Source: the human T2T-CHM13v2.0 reference genome, Homo sapiens. Taken from it: a stretch of DNA of 64,000 bases. The notes under the pieces were generated by a model. It was given only the letters and a program-made list of their open reading frames with translations, was not told where the DNA came from and made no database searches. The DNA is taken from NCBI RefSeq assembly GCF_009914755.1, contig NC_060935.1. One strand, 5' to 3'. Shown here in pieces: positions 47,842-61,254 of this stretch (within the stretch, counting starts at the first letter, position 1; every line of letters begins with the position of its first letter). A program made the position numbers and the translations under genes.

Positions 47842-48328
47842 GTATGCAGTATGTTCATAGCAGTATTAACAGCTAAAAGGCAGAGGCAACCTAAGTGTCC
47901 ATCAACAGATTAACTGATAACCAAAATGCAGTATATACATACAATGAAATATTATTCAGCCTTGAAAAGGAACAAAATTCTGAAACATTCTACGATATGA
48001 ATGAGCCTTGAGGACATTATGCTAAGTGAAATAAGCAAGTCACAAAAAGACAAACATTATATGATTCCACTATATGAGGTACTTGAAGTACCCATAATCA
48101 TAGAGACAGAAGTAGAATGGTGGTTGCCAGGGACTGGAGGGAGGAAAGAATGGGGAGTTATTGTCTGATGGGTTTTGTAAGTTGAAAAGAGTTTTGGTGA
48201 TGGATGGTAGTGATGGTGGTGATGGTAGCACAACATAGGGATGCCCTGAACTGTATAGCTTAAAATGGTTAAAATGTTAACTTTATGTTATGTGTATTTT
48301 ACCACAATTAAAAAATGAAAGAAAAATA
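47842..48328 (+). mobile_element. L1MB-like 3' end inserted in a MIR
   Basis: caacctaagtgtccatcaacagat...gaatggtggttgccagggactgg...tgtgtattttaccacaatt; MIR halves at ~47790-47841 and ~48414-48490. Confidence 0.88.
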
Positions 48329-48779
48329 ATCTAAAGCAATTTTTAAATTTTCACTGAAGTCATTAACATTGCAACAGTTAACCAAAAAAAGAGAAAAAAA
48401 GAAGAAAAAAAACAAGTAACTTGCTTAAGTGTTAAGAGACCAGAACCAGAATTTGAACTCAGATCTGCATGGCTCTAAAATTCATACTGCTCTCCCAGAA
48501 AGACATCTTCCATTATAACACGTACATACCTGTGTCATAATGCCTAATCTTTATGACAGCTGTGTGAGTAGCCCCATTTTACAGATAAAGAACTAAATAA
48601 AAAGTTACGGAATAATTTGACAAATCCTATATGAGTAGTAAGTGGCAGAGCTAAGATGCAAAATCAGGTATGCCAGACTTCAAAGCCGGAGCTCCTGCTT
48701 TTGCAGTGGAGAAATCTGACAGATGCCACCTTAGCAAGTGCCAAAATTAATATCACCAAAAACAGGGAAAATGGACCTT

Positions 48780-49435
48780 GTAAGCCTTCTGATGTCAGTC
48801 ACAGAGGAGATAATGTCATCCACGGAGTACTACAGTCAAAATTGCTCAGCCACAATTAACTCATAAGGAAGCAATTAGACACACTCAAATAGAAAGCCAT
48901 TCTGCCCACAGCCAGCCTTGCCTCTCCAAAAATGTCATAAACATGAAAGATAATAACACACTAGGGAACTGCTTTTAATTGAAGGAAACGAAAGAGGCAT
49001 GAAGAATAAATATCATGTATGACCCTTGATTGGATCCTGGGTCAGAGGGAAAATATAAAAGATAATATTGAGACAATTTGAGAAATTTTAATACAGATTG
49101 TGTGTTAGAAATAGTTATCTATCACTGGCAGATTTCCTGAGTATGATTATTATATTACGGTTATGTAGGAGAATGTCTTTTTTCTTAGGATATAGTTGCT
49201 GAAGCATTTATAGACAAAGTGTCAAGATGTCTGTAACTTACTCTAAAATGGTTTAGCACACACACAAGTAATTGTGCAGTGTATGTGTGTTGCAGGTGAA
49301 GAAAAGGAGCGAGACAGGCAGAATGAAAGAGGAAGAAAGGGAGGGAGGAAGGGAGGAAGAAAATATAGAAAATGGTAACAATTGGTGAATCTAGGTTAAG
49401 AGTATGTGGTGTACTAATCTTGCAAATTTTCTGTG
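48780..49435 (+). mobile_element. L1MC/L1ME-like 3'UTR fragment
   Basis: ccttgattggatcctgg...gttatgtaggagaatgtc...aattggtgaatctagg. Confidence 0.75.
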
Positions 49436-50399
49436 CTCACAGCTCGGCTTTTATCAGCATACCACTTATGCTTTTAAACACAAAAAATCCTAGTTCATTC
49501 TTTCACTTTCCTCATAGGGCCTCCTAGGCTCTCAAACACAAACACAGGTTTTGTGTACTTCCGAAACTGAGGGGATGTACCTTTGGACATTAGATGACCA
49601 GGAAGTCATCAAAGGACTTCAGTTCATGCCTTACAGGAAACTTTGACACTTTGAGGAGGTTAAAGTTCCCATTCAACTTGTCATACTGCGCTATTTTAAA
49701 GCCTTTAAGTACAATGACCCTTTTTTCCACAAGCAATTTCCCAAAGTCATCTGTGTTTGGAACACACATAGACAGGCAGCTCTAAGTACCCATTAGTCTT
49801 CAAACCTGAAATGCTCCCCAAAATGAGTTACAATGAAAAACATGTACTACCTCAAATGAAAAATAGCAAAATACATCAAGAGTTCAAAAGGCAAGAGTTG
49901 AACAAGATGATCCCATTTCATGCTACATTAATATGTCACTCCAATTTTATATAAGAATAAGCCTTCACACGTCCCATCTAGAATTCTGAAATATGCAGGT
50001 ATCCAAGCAAGTAAATCTTTTTATAAATGGGGGGAGGCTGATTATGCATGCAATTTAGGAATGTGCCCAGAGTTTTGAGAAAGAGAGCCAGAAAAAGAAA
50101 CCTCCTACCCATCTCAATGGCGGAAATGGATGTAAGATATAGGGGAAAGAGAGTCATGGATGAAGATTATCACTCAGCTTATCATAAATGCCCTGGTTCA
50201 CATCATTGTGTACTATTGTGCTGTATGAGTTATCATTTGTTGTTTGATTATCACATACTAACATTGTTTATCACCCAACAATGGAAAAGAAACTTGCTCA
50301 CAACTTTGGTCCCCCAAACTTAAGTTTGCCGTAAAGTCCAGTCTTAAAGTAGATTCTCCCACTGCTGGGTTTTAAAAACACAGCTCTCTCTGGAAGAGA

Positions 50400-51070
50400 A
50401 AAAATAGAGAATTTAACTTAAATATCATAGCTGGAAGGACTTGGTTAAATGTGACTCAGTCACATGTTGCCATTCAAGGCAAATCTATAATTTTTTAGAT
50501 CACCTAGTCATTCACACAGGCATGAAAATCAGTTATTCCTCCATTGATTTCTATTGTTATTGCCTAGAAAACTCAGGATGTGACTTTTCATCATCATCAT
50601 CATCATCATCATCATCGGCGATACCACCATGGGCCAGCAGCCCTGATATTCTTCCATTTGATACATTTAATGAAACAATGGAACATATTGATGTTTCTTT
50701 CCACCATCAATTTTTCTAGCTATTGAATTTCACCCTTTTTCTATCTTCCCGCTTCTTCCAATTGTTAAGGTCATTTTCAATTTCAAGCCTGTTTCTAAGG
50801 CATTACCCAACACATCCAACTTGCTGTCAATGGGATATTTAATAAGCAAGCTCATTCCACTATCTGAGGCATTAATGAAATTTCTAAGTACCACAATAGA
50901 ACTTCTCTCAAAGTGTCTTCTCTCCCTACTTTCAAGTCACAATGACCCATTGACAAATACTCTCAATTGAGCCAGCTGTGTACTTAACAGTAAAATGAGC
51001 TAAATCCTATTTTCGCAGTTTCTTGATGAATATGACAACTGGGACTGAATTTTAAAAGCTTCTGAAGGCA
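50400..51070 (-). mobile_element. CR1/L3 LINE ORF2 remnant
   Basis: cagtttcttgatgaatatgacaactgg and ccaacttgctgtcaatgggatatttaataagc resemble reverse-strand L3 RT region. Confidence 0.6.
50588..50616. repeat. (TCA)9-10 microsatellite
   Basis: Direct reading. Confidence 0.95.
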
Positions 51071-54000
51071 TAATGAAGGGTTGAAACACATCCATTTGCC
51101 CTTATCTGACAAAATAAAGAATAGCAAGGCTATCATATAGTATACCTAATCTTTCAGATTTTTTTTCTGTTATTTCCAAGGTCCTTGAATCTTCAGGTGT
51201 TTCCTGAATCACCAATTCTAATATGTTGGAAGCAGTATGAATTTGGAGCCAAACGCGTCTGGGGCTAAATCCTACCTCTGCCACTATGTGGGAATTTGGG
51301 GAAAGTAAAAGAAAATAAAAGAAAAACTTTTCTCTTTATTTTCTCCCTAAGCCTCAATGTCCTCATCTGAAAAATAGTTATAATCCTTCTTAGCTTTTAG
51401 CATTGTTTCAAGAATTAGCAACATGCCTTTACCTGAGTAGAAATTCAGTAAAAAGCTGGCCCTCTTCCCTTTTTTTCCTCACTTAAAAGGTTGTCTCTAC
51501 ATCATAAAATCTCACTGCAATTAACTAGCGCTTCAGGTGCCTGTATAATCAATGTGTGTGAGAAGTGAAGTATAACAATCTATTCCACTAGATTTCATAT
51601 GTGTGGATCCTTTCTGATTTCTTACACCCTGGGGTTGGGGGTTAGGGCGGTGTCAGCCAGTAGTTCAGGCATGTCTTGGAGTCAATCAGAGTGAAGCTGT
51701 CTAAGCCACTTGTTAATTACGGGCCTCAGGAAATTGTCTTAAATGCACCAAGTTTGTTTTCCCTTTTAAAAGAATAAATTACAATAGCACCTAGTTCATA
51801 GTTTTCTTTTAGGAGATTTTTTTAAGGGTTACCCAAGACTTGGAGCACTTAGCATAGTCATTGGCTCACAGTAGCTTTCAGCAAACAATTGCTACATCGT
51901 GATAACATAATGCGCTAAAATCTCACCCATAAGTAATAAACCCATATGTGTCTGCTAAAATTCTTTCCACTTCCCAATTTCTCTCTGATTAACTAGTACG
52001 CTTCATGCAAATGTGGACCAGACCTGTTTTATTCAATTTTGAAAATCCTTATCCTAGAACAAACAGTACATGTCACATAGTAAATGCTCAATAAAAAAGT
52101 TGTTCAAATGATAAATGAATGAATACCTTCTTAATTTCATGCCAATAAAATTCAGATAAATTACAAGACATCTGTTTCTTAATCGTACCCACCTGATTAC
52201 CATGACCACAACCTCTGCCTCCTTAAGTAAGGTTTTCTAATTTTTTAAAGTACATTAGAGTTTGGCATAAAAAGATTTTGAGGCTGCCTTTCTAAATTTC
52301 AACAACATTATTTATTTCCCAAAAATTTTTGAATTCTCACACCCAATAAAAGGGTTTATTTTCAAATACAAGCACAAACAATTCTAAAATGATTTTATCA
52401 TGGCCTTATAAAGCCATGGTTCTCAACTCTCATCCAAATTATTCAATTGGCAGAGGAGAATGATTGACTTTCCCTGAGGGATCAAAGCTCATAGATGAAT
52501 TATTCCCTCCCACATGTACCAAATGCCTTTGAAGTGTCATGTTTTATCCCAAGGACAAAATCAGATGCACAAAGATACAGTCACAAGGCTACTCATCACA
52601 TTGTTTTTCATAATCATGAAAAATGAGAACAATCCAAGTGAATATAAAAATATAGTACCTACATAAATTATAGTTTATCCTAATTATAAAATTCTGTGAG
52701 GCCATTAGAAACTATTTTAACACGATATTAAACATAATATTATTATATATTAAAAACATATTAAACAATATGAAAATATTTTCAAAATATATTGTTAAAT
52801 GAAAAGCTAGTAATGACTTCTAGTTAATCACCACAAAAATGACAATCAAGTTCATTTTAAATCAAATACCTATTGAGGCAAAGATAACAGGAAATGATAC
52901 GAAATCGTGGCAGATAGTAAGTAAATGGATGTGTGAAAACTATCTTGTAACCCAAATGAATCTAAAATTTAACCTGGCCCTAGAGAAGCCCTAGAAGTAG
53001 AAGATGCATGTTACAAATCCTCAGAAATGCTCAAGGAGTAGAAACACCGCCTAACTCTGAAAGAGAGTACATACAGTTTAGAAAGCAAGATTGACTAAAT
53101 GTGCTTATTTTTAAAAGGTCACTCCTGAACCCTACCAGCAAGGTGATAGACTTTGACCAATCATGTAGAAGCCTAGGGGTTTATCCTTTGGAGAGGCTGA
53201 TTCAAATACCCTGGACTTGGAGTTATCAGGAACACATACATAAAGTTAGAGTACCATACTAAAAACTAGATTAAGTGCAATTTTAATCACTGAAACATAA
53301 GGTTCCTGACTCCCCTTCCTCACTCACCTCCAAAAATGCTAGATAAAGTCTCAAGTCCTTTCCATCCTGATCTTTGGCTTTACTCAGCATTACTTTCTTT
53401 AAAATTCTTTTGCTAGGAAAATTTCAAGTTAAATAAGATCTCCAAGGGACCTACTAAAGAAAATACATATTACAATCACTTAACAAAACTCTTTACAAAC
53501 AACTTTCATAAACTTTGTCAAGGCCTATAGCTTTGTTGGTGCTGATTCTTCAGAAAGTCTACCTGAAAATACCATACTTGATATTAATTTTTAATTATAC
53601 ATTTAAGCTGCAAAATAGTGATTTTTAGAATTCAAAGTATAATTCACACTTTTCATTTAACCTCATTTGTCTTTTCCCAGTTAGTTTGCATTAAGGTCAT
53701 TATATTAGGAGAATCTCCCTTAGTGGTTCTCATTCTGGGAATAGTGAGGGAGGATGTACTCGTCCTCTACCCCAACCCTCTTCCCAGTTCCCAGTCAAGG
53801 TGTGAATCAGGAATCCAAATAGGTATTTTAAAATTATACATATGCAGCCCTGCCTCCAAAAACACAAAACCCTTCTACAATCTCCTCCTAGAGAATCACC
53901 ACACATACTTACATGGAGGTAGTGGGCATGTTAACTAGGGTGGAGGAGAAAATAGGGTAAGAACTATGTCACTATACAATATAGACATCGGACCAAATTG

Positions 54001-54089
54001 AACAATTCTAGCAAATCTGAGTTTCAGACAGCACTGAGGAGATGACTTCTAAGGTCCTTTTCCATTTGATAATTTCTATTTTATACTGT

Positions 54090-54513
54090 AATTCTTTAGT
54101 GGAAATAGTGCCTGTTCTCTTCTACAAAAATTGGCACATGACCCAGGTGGGGCCAATCATTGCTCTGGTCCAGAGCACATGTGTAGGACCCAGCCAATCA
54201 GAGTGTTTCCCTGGCATTTTTCAAAATGAGGCAAGTATGAAAGTGCCTTTTCCAATTTGGTCACAAAACTATAAGTACATAAGAGCAAAGCATCCAGAGA
54301 AAACATGCCCATCACTCGAGGGGTAAGTCAAGCTAAGAAAATAAAGCTCATCCACCGAGAAAAAATGGAGATTAAGGGGGAAAAGAGAGAATCCTAAAGG
54401 TATTTAGGTCTCTAATGACAGGCAAACCTAAGAAATCTCCCTTTGCCTTAAAGTAGTTTTGAATTGGATTTTGTTGGATTTTGCTATTTCCAACAAGAGA
54501 GTCTTCCTAATAC
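54090..54513 (+). mobile_element. Old MLT1 LTR remnant
   Basis: ggcacatgacccaggtggggccaatca...caagagagtcttcctaatac. Confidence 0.55.
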
Positions 54514-55497
54514 CAATTCTATTCTAACTTGTAAACTCTGGAAGGGTAAAAACCAGGCTTGAAAAGACATTATATATGAAATATACCATCTGAATAGTGG
54601 TGGTGGTAGTGGCAATGATGAAGATGATAATAAGTAAATTCTATTTCATTCTTACTACATTCCAGCCACTGCTTTGGCATCATCATGGTACCATGACATA
54701 GGTGCTGTAATAGTATCTCCATTATATAGTTAAGTAAACTGAGGCACATGGACAACTTGCCCAAGATGGTGTGGCTAGTCACACAATCAGGATTTGAACC
54801 TAAGTACTCACTTCAGAGCCCACACTCTAAACTACCACGACATTCTTCCTCATCATGACAAGTCATTTAGCTTGATCCTCTAAATCAAAGCACAGAAACA
54901 AAAATTGCTCTCAACTTTGAGAATGTTTGACCTTCTGAACATTCCAGTTGCTTTCACATTTCACATCCTAGTGAAAAGAGCCCCACTTCACAACCAGGAT
55001 TTACATGTGAGTTTCTTGGAAAATACCCTGGGGAAACAGCTCCATCTGTAAGTAAATGGAACATGATGAATGATGACAGTCTAATGGGAAGTGCCTTACA
55101 GAGGCTGAAAACCCTGAACTATTTCTGCTTGACTTGTGGTTTGACCTAAAGAAAATCACACCACCCTTGACCTCTCTGGGCTCGGTTTCTTTCTGATTTA
55201 ATACATGGTAATTTTCAATGTTCTCTCACAATAGGTGGAGAGCATTCTTAAAGCAATGTATAAAATGCTTCATGTTTCTTAGATGATATTAACTATAGAA
55301 GTTTAAGAGGTTGTAATCTCACTACAATAATAATACCTCAAATCTATTGAGTGCTTTCCACATGTCAGCACTCTGAAAACTGTATGCATCAGCTTAAGGC
55401 TCACAGCAACCTTATATTGCAAATGCTAGTATTATTTTCCTTCAACAGACAATGAACAATATTTGGGTAATTAAATTACCTGCAGACATTTACATAG

Positions 55498-55927
55498 TAT
55501 GATGGTTAATTTTATGGGTCAATTTGGCTAGGCTATGGTGCTGAGACATTTGCTTAAACACCAGAATAGATCTTGATATGAAGGTATTTTTTAGAGGGTT
55601 TTAACGTTTATATCAGTAAGCTATGAGTAAAGCAGATGACCTTCCATAATGTGGGTGGGCCTCACCCAATCAGTTGAAAGCTTCAAGAGAAAAAAAGACT
55701 GAGACTACCTGAGGAAGAAGCAATTATGTTTCCAAATTGTCTTCAAACTTGAGCTACAATATCATCTTTTTCCTGGGCCTATGGCCTTCTGGTCTGCCTT
55801 GCAGAATTCAGACTTGCCAATCCCCACAATCACACGAACCAATTCCTCAAACGAGAGAGACAGAGAGATGTTTATGTACATATACATCCTATTAATTCTG
55901 TTTCTCTAAAGAACTCTGACTAGTACA
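55498..55927 (+). mobile_element. MLT2 (MLT2D-like) ERVL solo LTR
   Basis: tgatggttaattttatgggtcaatttggctaggctatggtg...ctgtttctctaaagaactctgactagtaca; TSD catag/catat. Confidence 0.9.
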
Positions 55928-56179
55928 CATATTAACTGGTAAAGTTTGCATCTGAAATGAGACAAACTTATTCCAAACTCACCCCAAGCTTTTTTTAACT
56001 CATAAAATGTTCTTTAGCCATTCCCATTTTTTTTACAGAGGCGTAACTCTGATATCTCTGAAAACCAGCAGTACCATTAGACCAAAATGAAAAAAATGAG
56101 AGGCATTCTGTCATTTTCTTCTAGGAACCTATTTATCTTGCTGCAGTCTAGATTTAATTAAGCCCAATCAAATGTCTTT

Positions 56180-58140
56180 AGAAAGAAATCAAAGAAAAAG
56201 GCAATGCTTCCAAACTCATTTTTAAGGCCAATACTACCTTAATAACAAAGTCAGACGAGGACAGCACAAAGAAATAAAAATACAGGCAATATTCCTAACA
56301 AAAACACATGTAAAAATCCTCAACAAAATACTAGCCAACTGAATTCAACAACACATTAAAAGAATCATTCAACATGATCAAGTGGAATTAATCCCAGAGT
56401 TAAAAGGATGCATCATCATACACAAATCTATAAATTTGATACACCACATTAACAGAATAAAGGACAAAAGCCATATGAATGGCTCAGTTAATGTAGAAAA
56501 ATAATTTGACAAAAATTCAACATCCTTTTATGATAAAAATTCTCAGCAAATTAAGTATAGAAGGAATGTACCTCAACACACTAAAGGCCATGGATGACAT
56601 AGCCACAGCTAATGTTACACTCGACAGTAAAAAATTGAAAGTTTTTTTCTCCGAGCTCAGGAACTACACAAAGATGTCCACTTTTACCACTTCTATTTAG
56701 TATAGCGTTGGAAGTCCTAGCCAGAGCAAAAGCAAGAGAAAAAAATAAAAGCCATCCTCCAAATTGGAAATGAAGAGTTAAATTGCCCCTATTTCCAGAT
56801 GACATAATCTTATATATAAATAACCCTAAAGACTCCATCAAAAAACTGTTAGAACTCAATAAATGAATTCAGTAAAGGTGTAAGATATAAAATCAACATA
56901 CAAAAGTCAGTAGAGTTTCTGAACAGTAACAATAAACTACCCAAAACAGAAATCAAGAAAGCAATCCCATTTACAATAGCTACAAAAATTACTTATAAAT
57001 AAATTTAACCAAGGAGATAAAAGATCTGCCGTGCACTGAACACTATAAAAGATTGATGAAAGAAATTGAAGAGGACACACAAAAAATGGAAAGCTATCCC
57101 ACGTGCATGGATTAGAATAATGAATATTGTTAAAATGTTCAAAATACCCAAGGCAATCTATAGATTCAATGTAACTCCTCTATCAAAATTCCAAAGATGT
57201 TTTTTACATAAATGAAAAAAATCCTGAAATTTATATGGAACCACAAAATACCCCAAATAGCCAAGCCCATCTTGAGCATAAAGAAGAAAGCTGAAGAAAA
57301 ATGAAGCTAGACTCCTATTTCTCACCATGTACAAAAATCAACTCAAAAAATGCTTTATAACATTGGTCAGGGCAAGGTTTTTTTGTGTAAGGCACTAAAA
57401 GCACAGGCAACAAAAGCAAAAATAGGCAAATGGGATTGCAACATGCTAAAAAGTTTCCACACAGTCAAGGAAACAATCAGTAAAGTGAAGAAACAAATTA
57501 TGAAATGGAAGAAAATATTTGTGAACCATATATCTGATAATGGATTTATATCATATATATGAAACATATGTAATACATATGAAATATATATATATATATA
57601 TGGAACTCAACTCAATAATGGAAAACAAATAACCTGTTTAAAATTTGGACAGTAGATCTGAATAGAAATTTCTGAAGAGAAGACACACAATTGACCAACA
57701 GGTCTATGAATAAAAGATAGTGATCAAAATCACTAATTATCAGAAAAATGCAACTTAAAACTGCAATAAGCTATCACCTCACACCTGTTAGAAAGACTAT
57801 GATCAGAAAGAGGAGAGAGATCAAGTGTTGGCGAGGTTGTGGAGAAAAGGGAACACTTGACGACTGTTGGTATTCACAACATTAGTACATCATTAGTGTA
57901 TTAGTAAATTAGTAGAGCGATTATGAAAAACAGCATGGAAGTTCCTCAAAAAATTGAAAATAGAACTACCATACAATCCAGTAATCTCACTATTGGGTAT
58001 ATATCCAGAGGAAGTTAAATCTGTACGTGGAAGAGATATCTGCACTCCCACGTTCATTATAGCAGTATTCACAATAGGCAAGATATAGAATCAACCTAAG
58101 TGTCCATCGATGGATGAATGGATAAAGAAAATGTGGTACC
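56180..58140 (+). mobile_element. L1MA/L1PB-like ORF2 fragment with internal deletions
   Basis: KIQHPFMIKILSKLSIEGMYLNTLKA (ORF 56506) is L1 RT; continues to gataaagaaaatgtggtac. Confidence 0.9.
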
Positions 58141-58315
58141 ATATGTGTGTGTGCATATATATGTGCATATATAAGGAAATGTGATATATATTATATCACA
58201 TTTTATATATGTGATATATATACATATCACATATATATGTGATATATATGTGATATATATAATATATATGTGATATATATTTTATATATATATATATAAA
58301 ATATATATATATTTT
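58141..58315. repeat. Palindromic AT-rich repeat (atgtgatata / tatatcacat units with (TA)n)
   Basis: Direct reading. Confidence 0.9.
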
Positions 58316-59505
58316 CCTGGCCCCCAACCCTATGTGCTTTGTCATCATTCACTATTAAATTTTACTATCTGTAGCTATGAAAGCTTTGTAGCTTTCCATA
58401 CCCTCTTCCCTATGTAGACAATTAAGAATACTGCCCTAGCATTTCAAGGCTACTTTAGAATTTAATTGTGGACATATACCTCTTGTGCTGAGCAAATGAG
58501 CAGGTCTAGTAGGAAGTAGGGTAGCAAAGTGGAAAGAGTAAACTTTGAAATTAGAAAGATTGGTGTTCACATTCTAACTCTACCACAGACTCACTTTATA
58601 ACCCTGAACAAACTGCTGTAAATCTCTGAACCTCACTTTTCCTACGTGTAAAATGGAGATAACTGGGCCTATCTTGAAGTATCAAGATACTTGATGCTTG
58701 AAGTCAAGGAACCTACAAAATAAAAGCACACAGAAGATACTCAAGAAGTCAGAGCTTTTATCATTAGCAGCACTACCCACTTAAAATTTAAAGCTTTACA
58801 TCTATTTACTAAGCTCACTTATAATCAGACTGTTGTTGTTTCACCATATTTCATTGACATTGTTGTGATATGGGGTGAAGGCTAAGTCCCCTATTATTCC
58901 ATCTTACATCTGACTTGGCAGCACGTCACATAGAGTACTTTAAAAAACAAACAAACAAGCAAACAAACAAAAAAACCCTGAGCTCCCTTTAGAGACCAAA
59001 ATAAAAGAAGGTTAAGGGTAGAATCAGAAAATCAATTTAGTTTCCATCCAGGCAGGCGCTTTGCTATAATGTTTCTTGAACAACATAATGGCTTTGTGGA
59101 GCTGATGACAGAGGGTAACGGAAGAAACAGCCCAGTTTTGGTGCAAATTTTTCTGTCACAGCTAAGCTGGCATCCAAAGGATAACATCCTTTGCACTAGA
59201 AGCAACACTTGCAGAGAAGTTTTGGCAACTGGAAAAACTGAGATATGCTCTGAGCTCCTATGTGCCAAGCTCTGGGTTATATATCCTGCCTGCTGTCTAT
59301 ACTTTAATTCTGTAAATAAAGTTTATTTTCTCTTTTTCACTGTAAAATTAATTCATGCTTCTTATAAATGGCCAGAAAAATCACAAGTTGACAGAAGAAA
59401 TAAACATTATTTTTAGCCTCAGGAATATAAAATGACTGTTGTCAACATCTTAATATTTTTTTCTAGTCTTTAATCTACTAATTTGAGCATTGGCGAAACC
59501 CTGAT

Positions 59506-59613
59506 TATATATCACATTATATATTCAATCCTGTAATATCCTCAACCAGAGGCTGGCAATATATATCACATTATATATTCAATCCTGTAATACCCTCAAC
59601 CAGAGGTTGGCAA
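59506..59613. repeat. 54-bp tandem duplication (2 mismatches)
   Basis: 59506-59559 versus 59560-59613. Confidence 0.95.
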
Positions 59614-59837
59614 ACTATGGCCTGCAAGCCAAATCTGGAACACTGCCTCTTCTGATAAATCAAAATGTATTGGGAAACAGTTGTGCTCATTCAATTACGT
59701 ATTGTCTATGGTCGCTTTCACACGGCAGTGGCAGAGCTGAGTAACTGACTTGGAGATCCATGTAAGAGACTGTGTGGTTCACAAAGCCTAAAAGAGTTAC
59801 CATCAAGCCCTTTACAGAAAAAGTTTTCCAACCCCTG
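59601..59837. mobile_element. MER58A hAT MITE
   Basis: cagaggttggcaaactatggcc...tttacagaaaaagttttccaacccctg; TSD ccctcaac / ccctaagc. Confidence 0.9.
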
Positions 59838-61254
59838 CCCTAAGCAAATGGCAACTGAACATACTGACTGCAGGTGCAGGATTCCCACCTTCACCCCATT
59901 CCCTATGTGCCTAAATCCTAACCACCTTTCAAGGCCCGATACAATCACCATTGTGTCAAGGAAGCTTCCCTTTACATTCCCAAATGGAAGCCAACTCTTC
60001 CTCTTCTAAACTCCCACAGATCTCCATCCCTATTCTCCTTAACGCTTTCTCCATTTTCTTACATTTTTAAAATATATGAATTTGTGTAGCTATATGAATT
60101 TGTATTCATATAGCTTTTCTCACCTTTTAGGCTGCCTTTATTGCACGTCACTGAACTCAGTGTCTAGCACTGGGACACATAACTCAGCATATATTTGCTG
60201 AAAAAAGATAAGATATTTTAATATATATTAACATATGGTTCCCACCGTCAAAGAATGTACAGCCTAGTCCAGAGAAATAGCACCCACCCCCATTTTAAAA
60301 ATTAAGTATGGCTTCCATTCAAGAATTGCTAAGAGAAGGAAGCTGTGGATTGGACTGGTACAATCTGGAAAGGCTTCTTGAAAGAGTAGGGAATGCAAAG
60401 CCGTTAATGGGGGATTTTGATGTGTGCAGAGAAAGAATAGGTGGAAGGCAGTGATAAAGACAGGGGAGAAAAAAGTGTGCAGCTTTGTCTAACACGGTGA
60501 AGAATAATCTCAACAGAATAGAGGGTGAGCTCAGGCAAGCGAGGGAAACAGTGCAGAAAGACTGAGTATGGCCACAAAAATGTAGGACCTTGACAAGCAA
60601 CAATATAATCACTAAAATGGAACCTGGGCTGAGTTCCCAAAACAGCAATGACCGATCAGCATATGCCTTAGTTGACAAGCCTGTTTAGAATTCTATGGCG
60701 GAATATTATCAGTTGGCTTCTGCAACACCCTATGTCTTAATGAATGCCATTTGTAAAATATTTGAATGAGGCTGGTCCCCAGCTCAGAAATACATAGGAA
60801 GGTGAATACAAACACACTCGCCCTGTGGTCTCCCACAGGACTTTTTACATAATCTTCTCCATAGCACAAATCAAGCACTGCTGTAATTGTCTCTGTTTAC
60901 ATGTTCACATTCCCCGCTAGGCATGAACTTCTCCAGGGTACCCTAGTCATGGATTGTTTAATTGTAAGAGAAAAAAGTCCATTCGAGTTAGCTTAAGTGA
61001 AGAGAAACTCTTTTTAGGTTGCAGCAGTACCCTATAGACCACACCGGGGTGGAATACAGCCCATACTCACCAGACTGAGAAATCTTCGGTCTCTCTTCCT
61101 GGAGCTTTCTGCATTTTCATATCTGCCAAGCTCTGTACCTCTCCTCTCCCATCCCTCTGAAACTCAGCTTCCTTCCCAAGCAATGCCATAGTTCTGGGTC
61201 CTACAATTCACATTTTCTCAAATTCAACCTCCCTATGTCTTATAAGTTGCTTAA

